Shown in pieces: positions 18,038 through 25,739 of a stretch of DNA of 25,739 nucleotides. Below the pieces are notes generated by a model that ran no database searches, was not told where the DNA came from, and saw nothing but the letters and a program-made list of their open reading frames with translations. The position numbers and the translations under genes are program-made. The stretch comes from a virus (lineage: Duplodnaviria > Caudoviricetes). The stretch lies in IMG/VR virus record IMGVR_UViG_3300042402_000638, positions 1 through 25,739 of that record. The stretch is one strand, 5' to 3'. Positions within the stretch are counted from its first letter, which is position 1; each line of letters opens with the position of its first letter.

Positions 18038-18166
18038 GTTTCTACCTATGCACTCCAGCGCTCAAGGTAGGAAATCACAAGGCTAAAACTAATCAACAGC
18101 CTTCCTTGTGGGTGGTCCCGCCACCGTGAACACGGGACACTAACAACCAACAACTAAAGGAGATAT

Positions 18167-18595
18167 ATGGCAAGAGGAAATGGCAGGACTCTTAATGTTA
18201 AGATACCTACAGCCAAGGTAATCAAAGCATTAGAAACTAAGTTAGCCCAGATAAAAGTTGACTATGCAAAACAAGATGAGAATGAAGCAAAGTATCAAAA
18301 GCAAATGGAAACTTGGAGAAAACAAGTTACTAAATTTGCAGTTGCTAACATATCAAAGGCTGAAAATCTACGTACCAATTATCGTGCTTGGAATAATAAT
18401 CTTAATGTTGACTTTGATTTAAAAGTTGACGAGAAAGATTTTCCTACAGAACCACAACGCGAGTTTGAATCAATGCATCAAACCACATACAATGATATGA
18501 AAGAAGAGATTGAGAATGCTATTCGTATTCTTAAAATGACAGATGAAGAAACGGTGTCAACATCTACTTACAATTCGATAGCAAGATACCTCTAA
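18167..18595 (+). CDS. Hypothetical phage protein
   Basis: 142 aa, strong RBS AAAGGAG. Confidence 0.8.
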   Translation: MARGNGRTLNVKIPTAKVIKALETKLAQIKVDYAKQDENEAKYQKQMETWRKQVTKFAVANISKAENLRTNYRAWNNNLNVDFDLKVDEKDFPTEPQREFESMHQTTYNDMKEEIENAIRILKMTDEETVSTSTYNSIARYL

Positions 18596-18651
18596 ACAAA
18601 TCGGGCGCCCGCCAAAAGGGGCGCAGCGCCCTCAAAACCAAAGGAGATAAA

Positions 18652-19203
18652 GTGGTAGAAAGCAACACAATGGATACACTTCGCAGTGAAGTAAAGTCCG
18701 AGTTGATTAATCAAGCAGGCAGATATAATCCAGATGACCGTGATGTAAATGTCCGCATCGTGGAGGATATCCGTGTAGCAATTGATGAGTTGGCAGATGG
18801 AGTTATACCATCAGCCCAACACATAGCAGAGGTAGCCATTGCTACTAATGAGAACCTACAAATCCGTGACTTCCTAATGGGTGTCCAATTAGAAACTGAA
18901 ATGGATTTTGTTGGTGAGTACATCTCATTACTTGGTAATGTAATTGAAAAAGAAAAAGCAATTCCATTAGCCACAATATTTTGTGGATACTTATATCAAG
19001 TAGAACAAAAAGAATATGCAACACAATTCCTTGATGAGGTACTACAAATTAAACCAGATTATCCATTGGCTACATTATTAAAGCGAGTCTTTGCTGCAGA
19101 GTGGCCACCATCTGAGTTAAGAAAGATGGCAGAAACATTACATCCAAAAGTAATAGATACTATCTATGAAATTGAAGAAGGAGATACAACAGATGACAAG
19201 TGA
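18652..19203 (+). CDS. DUF4192-like helical protein
   Basis: 183 aa; NLQIRDFLMG and ...LDEVLQIKPDYPLATLL resemble the DUF4192 C-terminal pattern (recognised from memory). Confidence 0.55.
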   Translation: MVESNTMDTLRSEVKSELINQAGRYNPDDRDVNVRIVEDIRVAIDELADGVIPSAQHIAEVAIATNENLQIRDFLMGVQLETEMDFVGEYISLLGNVIEKEKAIPLATIFCGYLYQVEQKEYATQFLDEVLQIKPDYPLATLLKRVFAAEWPPSELRKMAETLHPKVIDTIYEIEEGDTTDDK

Positions 19204-20176
19204 TACTATTATAGGTACAGCCAGGAAAGCAGCCTGGCATAAAGCAGGTGTTGCAGTTGAAGCAACATCAGCCAGTGAGGTAGCCAGTCAAGCAGGATTA
19301 GATTGGTCAGTATCTTTACACGACATAGAAGCAAACTATGTAATTCCAGGTAGCGATACAGTTAATCGTATACCAGTGGATAACAAAAAAGCGGTTATTA
19401 AAACCACACCATTTGGTGAGACATCAGCCATTGGTGTAGTTGGTAATCGCTACAAAGTATTTCAGAATGCTGAAATCTTTGGAGCACTAGATAACTTAAT
19501 TGATTCTGGTGGTATGAGATATGCAGCAGCAGGTGAGTATGATGGCGGTGGTAAAGTCTGGATGTTGATGGAAACTCCAATGGAAATGACTATCGCTAAT
19601 GACCCACACGCTGCATTCTTACTGGCCAAAACTAGCCACGATGGTAGTAGTTCAGTAATCATCAGACCAATCATTGAGCGTTTGTTTTGTATGAATCAAA
19701 TCAATAAGATATACAAAGGCAAGAACAAGTATACTTATCAGTTGAGCCATACAACTAACGCTCAGTTATCTATATCAGAGATTAAAAATATTATTCAATT
19801 AAGTTATGATATGGCTACTGATTACACAACACTAGCAGATACATTACTTAGCAAAGAGGCTAGCCACGAACACGCAAAGAATTATTTCAAGCGTGTGTTT
19901 CCACTACCTACCAAGATAGAAGAAGTTAGATACGACCTTCTATCTACAGGTGAAAAGAAACAATACACTCGTGCTATCCAAGCCAGAGAAACAGCATTCA
20001 ATATCTATGCTGCCTCTCCTACACAGGAGAACATACGAGGCACAGAGTTTGGTATGTGGCAAGCAGTTATAGAATGGGCTGACTACAATGCAAAGGGTAA
20101 GAACTTAGCATTGCGTGCCATCTCAGGTGCTAGTGATAACATCAAGACCAGAGCATTAGAATTGCTAGGTGTATGA
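19193..20176 (+). CDS. DUF932 / TIGR03299 family phage-plasmid protein
   Basis: AWH..G, AGLDWSV, GVVGNRYKVFQN, GGKVW, SHDGSSS, RLFCMN and GMWQAVIEWAD motifs. ATG 19193 follows RBS AAGGAG. Confidence 0.85.
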   Translation: MTSDTIIGTARKAAWHKAGVAVEATSASEVASQAGLDWSVSLHDIEANYVIPGSDTVNRIPVDNKKAVIKTTPFGETSAIGVVGNRYKVFQNAEIFGALDNLIDSGGMRYAAAGEYDGGGKVWMLMETPMEMTIANDPHAAFLLAKTSHDGSSSVIIRPIIERLFCMNQINKIYKGKNKYTYQLSHTTNAQLSISEIKNIIQLSYDMATDYTTLADTLLSKEASHEHAKNYFKRVFPLPTKIEEVRYDLLSTGEKKQYTRAIQARETAFNIYAASPTQENIRGTEFGMWQAVIEWADYNAKGKNLALRAISGASDNIKTRALELLGV

Positions 20177-20337
20177 TGGGTAGAATATCAAACTATAAAG
20201 AATGTAATGTATGCAGACAAAATAAAATAGTAGTATCCGAATCATTATTTGCTAATGGTTTGTATGGCTATTGGTGTGATGACTGCGACAAAGCAGAGGG
20301 TGCTACTCACTCACAAACATCAATCAAAGTTAAATAA
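20173..20337 (+). CDS. Small zinc-ribbon protein (CNVC...CDDC)
   Basis: Manual translation MMGRISNYKECNVCRQ...WCDDCDKAE...; exactly fills the gap with stop/start overlaps (start could be 20176). Confidence 0.7.
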   Translation: MMGRISNYKECNVCRQNKIVVSESLFANGLYGYWCDDCDKAEGATHSQTSIKVK

Positions 20338-20603
20338 TGGGTAGAAATTTTGCTACAGAACTAGCCAGTTCTGATACAGATTTAGAGTGGCAAATAAAAC
20401 TACACTTACAACACAACCATTATCCAATGGTTCCAGTATCTATGGTAGAACCTTGCATATCCGCTATTGCAGCGTGTAATGAAGAGTGCTACAATAGAAT
20501 GATAGAACTTCCAGAAGGTGTTCTCTGGCGTGGCCAGAGTTCAGCGCCTGCCCACGCCATCGTGGAAGGACACCACCTTGAACCGTGGTTACTACAAGAA
20601 TAG
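20337..20603 (+). CDS. Hypothetical phage protein
   Basis: 88 aa, coupled to the upstream ORF (TAATG). Confidence 0.75.
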   Translation: MGRNFATELASSDTDLEWQIKLHLQHNHYPMVPVSMVEPCISAIAACNEECYNRMIELPEGVLWRGQSSAPAHAIVEGHHLEPWLLQE

Positions 20604-20611
20604 GAGATAGA

Positions 20612-21064
20612 ATGACAATGTATTACAGTGAGGTAGATGGTGCCGAACCAACAGTATCTATCCAGGTAAAAGATACTAAGTATACCTTTACCAATGAATC
20701 ACTTACTAGATTAATAGAAGAGAAAGATGCTTTTAAACTAGAACTAGCACAAGTAGAACGTAAGTTAAAGAGTGCTCAGTTTGATGTAAGAGAGTTCTTT
20801 CAGGCTAGATATGAAACAGACCATCACGAAATTGTGGCTGAAGTAGATGATGTTAATAGTCTACTTAAAGATATAGGTAGCGAAGAGTTAACTAAGTCTT
20901 GGTCAGCAACAGTTACTATTACAGCCACAGTTACAGGTATAGAAGCACCTAATGCTGAGGCAGCACAGGAGATTATTGAAAACAATATTGAAATTAATCT
21001 TACTGAAGATGGTGATATATGGGTAGATGATATTACAGTAGAGTCTACCTACCCTGAAGTTTAG
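20612..21064 (+). CDS. Acidic hypothetical protein with coiled coil
   Basis: Tracked ORF 20585-21064 re-started at ATG 20612 behind RBS AGGAG. Confidence 0.75.
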   Translation: MTMYYSEVDGAEPTVSIQVKDTKYTFTNESLTRLIEEKDAFKLELAQVERKLKSAQFDVREFFQARYETDHHEIVAEVDDVNSLLKDIGSEELTKSWSATVTITATVTGIEAPNAEAAQEIIENNIEINLTEDGDIWVDDITVESTYPEV

Positions 21065-21066
21065 TA

Positions 21067-21077
21067 TGTGATATACT
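21067..21077 (+). promoter_or_regulatory. Extended -10 promoter (TGTG-A-TATACT) for the replication block
   Basis: TGnTATACT match at 21069-21077 in the intergenic gap; no consensus -35. Predicted start site near 21083-21085. Confidence 0.6.
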
Positions 21078-21082
21078 AATCT

Positions 21083-21125
21083 TGGGTGCCCTGATTTCGG
21101 CTATCTCCTTTCTCAGGGCAACCCA
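21083..21125 (+). ncRNA. Hairpin with anti-Shine-Dalgarno loop (candidate sRNA or translational switch)
   Basis: Stem TGGGT-GCCCTGA / TCAGGGC-A-ACCCA with 18-nt loop TTTCGGCTATCTCCTTTC. Confidence 0.6.
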
Positions 21126-21137
21126 TAAAGGAGAGTA

Positions 21138-21917
21138 ATGGCAAAGGTAGAAATAGAAAGAGATAGATATGGTAGACCATTAATAGTTCCACCATCAGGT
21201 GGAAAAGCAGTGGCCTATACCAGAGCAACTACAATTGCTAACTCATTAGATGATGCGTCAGCACTAGTAGCCTGGAAGATGCGTATGGCAGCAATAGGTT
21301 TAACTACCAGGCCAGACATATTACTATCTATTAGTGCAGCACAAGAAGATAAGATGGCAGTTAACTCTTTGATTGAAGATGCTATGCAAGTAGCAGGTGC
21401 AAACAAAGCAGCCAACATAGGTACAGCCATACATTCATTTGCAGAACGATTAGATTTAGGACAAGACTTAGGTGTAATACCACCAGAGTATTTGCCTGAC
21501 ATCAAAGCCTATGAACAAACAACTAAGATTCTCAACAACAAGTTCATTGAACAGTTTAGTGTGCTAGATAAATACAAAATTGCTGGCACACCAGACAGAA
21601 TTGTTGAGTATAACGGTGAGTTATTTATTGCAGATATTAAGACTGGTCGAATAGACCATCCAAATAATATCTCAATTCAGTTGGCAATATACGCCAACGG
21701 CTTGCCGTATGATGCGGCTACGGCAATCCGTGGCAGTTGGGGAGAAATAAACAAAGACAAAGCAATCATTATCCATCTACCCGCAGGAACAGGAAGTTGT
21801 AAGTTAGTGTGGATAGATATTAAAGAAGGCTTTAAAGGTTTACAATTCGCAATGAAAGCAAGAAAATGGAGAGACCAAAAAGGTCTATCCTATCCGTTCG
21901 AACAGGAGAACAAATAG
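21138..21917 (+). CDS. PD-(D/E)XK exonuclease (RecB/Cas4-like, phage type)
   Basis: GTAIH, AGTPDRIV, IADIKTG and QLAIYA motifs. Confidence 0.85.
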   Translation: MAKVEIERDRYGRPLIVPPSGGKAVAYTRATTIANSLDDASALVAWKMRMAAIGLTTRPDILLSISAAQEDKMAVNSLIEDAMQVAGANKAANIGTAIHSFAERLDLGQDLGVIPPEYLPDIKAYEQTTKILNNKFIEQFSVLDKYKIAGTPDRIVEYNGELFIADIKTGRIDHPNNISIQLAIYANGLPYDAATAIRGSWGEINKDKAIIIHLPAGTGSCKLVWIDIKEGFKGLQFAMKARKWRDQKGLSYPFEQENK

Positions 21918-22345
21918 TGTCTCACTCAGAAGCACCAATCAGCATCACAATCAAGACAGCAGCAGGTAGTTTAGTAACAGTCCGTGCAGAAAACGGAACA
22001 GAACTAGATGGTTTAGTTGCACAAGGATTAGATGCAATTACATCAGCAACAATGGAACTAGAGAAAGCAATTCGTGGTTCTATACCAACACCTATGACAG
22101 TAGGACAAGTTGCATCAGCACTAGGCGCAAGTATCACACCACTAGATAACTCAACTACTACGCTTGGTGGACGCAATTGTCCACATGGAAAAATGACAGC
22201 GATTCAAGGAACAGGTAAAGATGGTTCTATGTATCGTGGTTATTTCTGCCCAGCACCAAAAGGTGCCTTTGATAAATGCAAGAATGTTTATCTAAAGACA
22301 ACAGACTCAGCCTGGAACACATTTGTTCCAGAACAGGTTAAGTGA
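21917..22345 (+). CDS. Hypothetical protein with C-terminal Zn-binding motif (CPHG...FCP...C)
   Basis: GTG at 21917 behind RBS AGGAG; lies between exonuclease and helicase. Confidence 0.75.
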   Translation: MSHSEAPISITIKTAAGSLVTVRAENGTELDGLVAQGLDAITSATMELEKAIRGSIPTPMTVGQVASALGASITPLDNSTTTLGGRNCPHGKMTAIQGTGKDGSMYRGYFCPAPKGAFDKCKNVYLKTTDSAWNTFVPEQVK

Positions 22346-23160
22346 AAACACTTAGACGCTCAATCAAAAAAGCAGAAGTGGGGGGTGAACCATTGCCCCC
22401 TGCTTTTCAAGCATTTGAAAGAGCGGGAATTATACTACGCAGAGCAGAAGTAACAGTAATAGCAGGCACTCCAGGTGCAGGTAAGTCATCAGTTGCACTA
22501 GCAATTGCAGCCAGAACTAAATTACCAACACTTTACTTTAGCGCAGATACTAATGCTCATACTATGGCTATGCGTTTAATTGCAATGGCAGGTAATATGA
22601 GTCAAGCAATGGCCGAAAACTTATTAAAAAAAGACCCAGAAAAAGCAAATGAAATACTATTACTAAACAACCATTTATTCTGGTCATTTGAATCTACACC
22701 TACATTAAAAGATTTAGACGAAGAGGTGTCTGCATTTGAAACAGTATGGGGTAGAAGCCCTACACTTATAGTTGTAGATAACTTAATGGATATAGCAATG
22801 GATGGACACGAAGAGTTCCAAGGTATGCGAGCAGCAATGAAAGAACTTAAGTATCTAGCCAGAGATACAAACGCAGCAGTACTTGTATTGCACCATACCA
22901 AAGAAGGCTTTGAAGGTTATCCTTGCCAATCACGGTCATCTATCCAAGGTCTAGTCAATCAAATACCAGCAATGGTATTAACTATCGGGCAGATGAAACA
23001 GGGAGATGATAACTTCTTGTGTGTAGCCCCAGTTAAGAATCGTTATGGTAAGGCTGACCAGACAGGTAATAACTATGTTACTCTATCATTTAATCCTGAG
23101 TCTATGCATCTAGATGATGTTATGATTCGGTACCTACCACAACAACAGGAGTTGGGATGA
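22342..23160 (+). CDS. DnaB-like (SF4/RecA-fold) replicative helicase, motor domain only
   Basis: Walker A GTPGAGKS, Walker B LIVVDNL, LKYLARD...VLVLHH, VKNRYG arginine finger. Confidence 0.88.
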   Translation: MKTLRRSIKKAEVGGEPLPPAFQAFERAGIILRRAEVTVIAGTPGAGKSSVALAIAARTKLPTLYFSADTNAHTMAMRLIAMAGNMSQAMAENLLKKDPEKANEILLLNNHLFWSFESTPTLKDLDEEVSAFETVWGRSPTLIVVDNLMDIAMDGHEEFQGMRAAMKELKYLARDTNAAVLVLHHTKEGFEGYPCQSRSSIQGLVNQIPAMVLTIGQMKQGDDNFLCVAPVKNRYGKADQTGNNYVTLSFNPESMHLDDVMIRYLPQQQELG

Positions 23161-23498
23161 GCAATCCACGCAAAGCAAAGGGTTCTAGTGCTGAACGAGA
23201 TGTAGTTAATTGGTTAAAGAAATGGTTCCCTTATGCAGAGCGTAGAATTGCAGGTGCTCATCTAGATAAAGGAGATATAGCAGGAGTTAATGGTGTAGTT
23301 ATAGAAGTAAAGAACCATAAACGATTAGATTTATCTGCCTGGATAAAAGAGTTAGAAATAGAAATTAAAAACGATAAGGCTTGGACAGGTGTAGTATTAC
23401 ATAAACGTATAGGTAAAGGAGATGTAGGAGAATGGTATGCAACTATGCCAGCAAAACTTTGGATAGAACTAATAAGGAAGATTAATGGACAAACATAA
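23157..23498 (+). CDS. Holliday junction resolvase (Hjc-like PD-(D/E)XK)
   Basis: KAKGSSAERDV, DKGDI and VIEVKN motifs. Confidence 0.8.
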   Translation: MSNPRKAKGSSAERDVVNWLKKWFPYAERRIAGAHLDKGDIAGVNGVVIEVKNHKRLDLSAWIKELEIEIKNDKAWTGVVLHKRIGKGDVGEWYATMPAKLWIELIRKINGQT

Positions 23499-23871
23499 TG
23501 TGGGTGACTACCTAGAATATGTAGGCGCCACCCTGCCAGCCGTGGGCAGTGGTTGGCGCAAAATGAAATGTCCATTTCACGGTGACAAACACGCATCAGC
23601 AGCAATAAACTACGATGAGAATAGATTTAAATGTTTTGGTTGTGAAGTTAAAGGCGATGTATACGATTTAATAATGTACAAAGAAGGAGGTAAATATAGT
23701 GAGGCTATCAAATTCGCAGAGAACATATCTCTTTCAAGCAGCGGAGGAATACGCAAGGCACATTCATCTAGCAGAGGAGTATCTTTCAACCCGTCATCTC
23801 TCGGTAGACGAAGCGAAAAAGTTTCATCTGGGGATAGTGAAAGACGCTCTTCCAGGTCACGAGAGTTATAA
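23485..23871 (+). CDS. DNA primase zinc-binding (CHC2) subunit
   Basis: CPFHGDKHAS...FKCFGC...GDV motif; low-complexity tail overlaps the TOPRIM gene. Confidence 0.85.
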   Translation: MDKHNVGDYLEYVGATLPAVGSGWRKMKCPFHGDKHASAAINYDENRFKCFGCEVKGDVYDLIMYKEGGKYSEAIKFAENISLSSSGGIRKAHSSSRGVSFNPSSLGRRSEKVSSGDSERRSSRSREL

Positions 23872-24334
23872 AGGTAGATTAGCAATCCCATACATTACAC
23901 CATCAGGTGTAGTTGATATGAGATTTAGAAGTGTTAACAACCATCCAGATGAACCTAAATATATGGGTGTACCTGGGGCTAAGACTACAATGTTTAATGC
24001 ACAGGCAGTACTAACAGCAGGTAACTATATATGTGTAACAGAAGGTGAGTTAGATACAGTAGTACTATCAGCCAAAACTAATCATCCATCTATTGGTATT
24101 CCAGGAGTAAATAACTGGAAGCCATACTATGGAAAGATATTAGATGATTTTGAAACAGTAATTGTATTAGCAGATGGAGACAATGCAGGACTTGAGTTTG
24201 GTAAAAAGTTAAGTAGAGAATTACCTAATGTTAATTTATTGCAAATGCCAGAAGGCCACGATGTTAATAGCATCATAGTACAAGAAGGAAAGGAGTGGTT
24301 AGATGAGCGAATTAGAAAATGCTTGGGAGAGTGA
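23699..24334 (+). CDS. DNA primase catalytic TOPRIM subunit
   Basis: RLAIPY, PKY, VTEGELD, LADGDNAG and DVN motifs; GTG start with RBS AAGGAGG at 23684-23690. Confidence 0.9.
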   Translation: MRLSNSQRTYLFQAAEEYARHIHLAEEYLSTRHLSVDEAKKFHLGIVKDALPGHESYKGRLAIPYITPSGVVDMRFRSVNNHPDEPKYMGVPGAKTTMFNAQAVLTAGNYICVTEGELDTVVLSAKTNHPSIGIPGVNNWKPYYGKILDDFETVIVLADGDNAGLEFGKKLSRELPNVNLLQMPEGHDVNSIIVQEGKEWLDERIRKCLGE

Positions 24335-24614
24335 TGAAGAGTTTTGGGATTTTGTAGGACAAAATAAACGTATGGTTGGTATGGCAATCTCAGATGGCCA
24401 AGGACTAGACATACTTAATGCACTACGAGATATCTATTTAACTATAGATAAAGAACCAGATAGTGCAAAGCGAATGCTCACACTACTAGCCACAGTTATA
24501 TATGCCAGCAGCATAGGTGAAGGTCAACAATTTACAGATGAAATACAAGTACTATCAGCAATGGAACAATTTGATACCAGTATTAAGGAGATACTAGATG
24601 AAGAATCCAGGTGA
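24303..24614 (+). CDS. Acidic hypothetical protein
   Basis: 103 aa, overlaps both neighbours in the operon. Confidence 0.7.
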   Translation: MSELENAWESDEEFWDFVGQNKRMVGMAISDGQGLDILNALRDIYLTIDKEPDSAKRMLTLLATVIYASSIGEGQQFTDEIQVLSAMEQFDTSIKEILDEESR

Positions 24615-24879
24615 TATAGATACAATTACAAATGAATTAACTACTATTTTACTTAAGAAACAACAAGATTATGGCCCATTAAATATAGCCCACGCTCCAG
24701 GCGGGGCTATGAATGGACTAAGAGTTAGGATGCATGACAAGTTAGCAAGGTTAAATAACCTAGTAGATAAAGGAAACACGCCGAACTATGAGAGTATAGA
24801 AGATACTCTTATAGACCTGGCTAACTACGCTATAATCGGACTATTAGTACAAAGAGGACAATGGGAAGGCGCTGATTAA
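24598..24879 (+). CDS. DUF1599 / nucleotide-modification-associated domain 1 (all-alpha NTP pyrophosphatase-like)
   Basis: KKQQDYG, RMHDKLARL and ESIEDTLIDLANYAII motifs. Confidence 0.8.
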   Translation: MKNPGDIDTITNELTTILLKKQQDYGPLNIAHAPGGAMNGLRVRMHDKLARLNNLVDKGNTPNYESIEDTLIDLANYAIIGLLVQRGQWEGAD

Positions 24880-24882
24880 AAA

Positions 24883-25545
24883 GTGAACGAGGCGTGGGTA
24901 CAAGAGTATGAATTGCTTGTATCCTCCCTTGCTTCCGAGTATTTTAGAAAGTATCCCATGCTTGAGCCTGCGGATATCAGACAAACATTATGGATGTGGT
25001 TTGTTACTCATCCAGTTAAATACACAGAGTGGTCTAAGTTACCAGCCAAAGATAAAGAAAAACTAATTGCTAAATCATTACGCAATGCAGCAATAACTTA
25101 TTGTGAAAAAGAAAAATCCGTTAAGGTTGGCTATGAACTAGCCGACCTTTATTACTATGACGCCTCAGTTATTGAGGCGTTTCTGCCATCTATTATTGCA
25201 GATAGTTATGAACTGCCTAGTAAAATCAAAGACCTTAACTTTAAGTTTGGTAAAGGCGAAGTTACAGATGGAAATAATTGGCTAGTCTTACGGTCAGATA
25301 TAGAGAAAGCATTCAATCAATTAGCAGAGGCTAAACAAAATATTTTAAGACTACGTTTTACTGCAGATAACTACGAGTGGAGTGACTTAGCCAAGGAATT
25401 AAATACTTCTGCAGACGGTGCAAGAAAACGAGTTGAACGTGCAATTAATTCTTTAACCAGAATACTAGGTGGTTGGCGTACATATAACGATACAGATGTA
25501 GTTGAAAATAAATCAGAGGATAATGATGACAGAACAGAATCCTAA
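24883..25545 (+). CDS. Phage RNA polymerase sigma-factor-like protein (ECF-like regions 2 and 4)
   Basis: DIRQTLWMWF and SLRNAA (region 2-like); DIEKAFNQL..KQNILRLRF...WSDLAKELNTSADGARKRVERAINSL (region 4 HTH). Confidence 0.75.
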   Translation: MNEAWVQEYELLVSSLASEYFRKYPMLEPADIRQTLWMWFVTHPVKYTEWSKLPAKDKEKLIAKSLRNAAITYCEKEKSVKVGYELADLYYYDASVIEAFLPSIIADSYELPSKIKDLNFKFGKGEVTDGNNWLVLRSDIEKAFNQLAEAKQNILRLRFTADNYEWSDLAKELNTSADGARKRVERAINSLTRILGGWRTYNDTDVVENKSEDNDDRTES

Positions 25546-25739
25546 AGAAATAAAAGATTTATTTAGAAAAGATTATAGTAAGGCTATGGATTTACGAGGC
25601 CATCCTATTGGGGATATATGTGTATGTGGTTCAGAATTATTTACTGCTATAGTAGCCTTTGAAATGGGAGAGATTTGCTTTTACTTTTTAGATGGTGAGT
25701 GCGTAGATTGTGGTTCACTAGTCACTTTACCTACACCAA
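25526..25739 (+). CDS. Zinc-ribbon hypothetical protein, truncated (…DLRGHPIGDICVCGS…ECVDCGSLVTLPTP)
   Basis: Manual translation; RBS GAGGA at 25516; open to the window end. Confidence 0.7.
   Translation, partial: MTEQNPKEIKDLFRKDYSKAMDLRGHPIGDICVCGSELFTAIVAFEMGEICFYFLDGECVDCGSLVTLPTP

Noticed and set aside
21138-21917. CRISPR-Cas association of the Cas4-like nuclease
   Set aside because: No repeat-spacer array or other cas genes seen; lacks the four-Cys cluster; common stand-alone phage exonuclease.
17203-24387. Minus-strand ORFs in the plus arm (17203, 17259, 18711, 19398, 19462, 21215, 21922, 22602, 23258, 23610, 24127)
   Set aside because: Antisense shadows of the operon genes.

Overview
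Fragment of a tailed dsDNA phage genome, probably podovirus-like and infecting Actinobacteria (inferred from an actinobacterial-type transglycosylase, a DUF4192-like ORF, a mycobacteriophage-style split primase and a sigma-like gene). It has two divergent arms around a ~570 bp non-coding centre (15597-16163). The minus arm (1-15596) is a morphogenesis operon: terminase large subunit with an N-terminal HTH, three very basic small proteins, portal, an HslV/proteasome-beta-like Ntn hydrolase, three large probable internal virion proteins, scaffold and major capsid protein. The plus arm (16164-25739) carries early-type genes (SSB-like OB fold, small membrane peptides, secreted transglycosylase, DUF4192-like, DUF932). 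It then continues into a replication block (PD-(D/E)XK exonuclease, DnaB-like helicase, Holliday junction resolvase, split primase, DUF1599, sigma-like factor). The most striking unexplained signal is a hairpin at 21083-21125, right after an extended -10 promoter. Its loop (GCUAUCUCCUUU) is complementary to an AGGAGATA ribosome-binding motif shared by six upstream early genes, making it a candidate anti-Shine-Dalgarno RNA switch. Other structured non-coding elements lie in the central region, upstream of scaffold and after the capsid gene. All family assignments come from reading motifs by eye, not from database searches.
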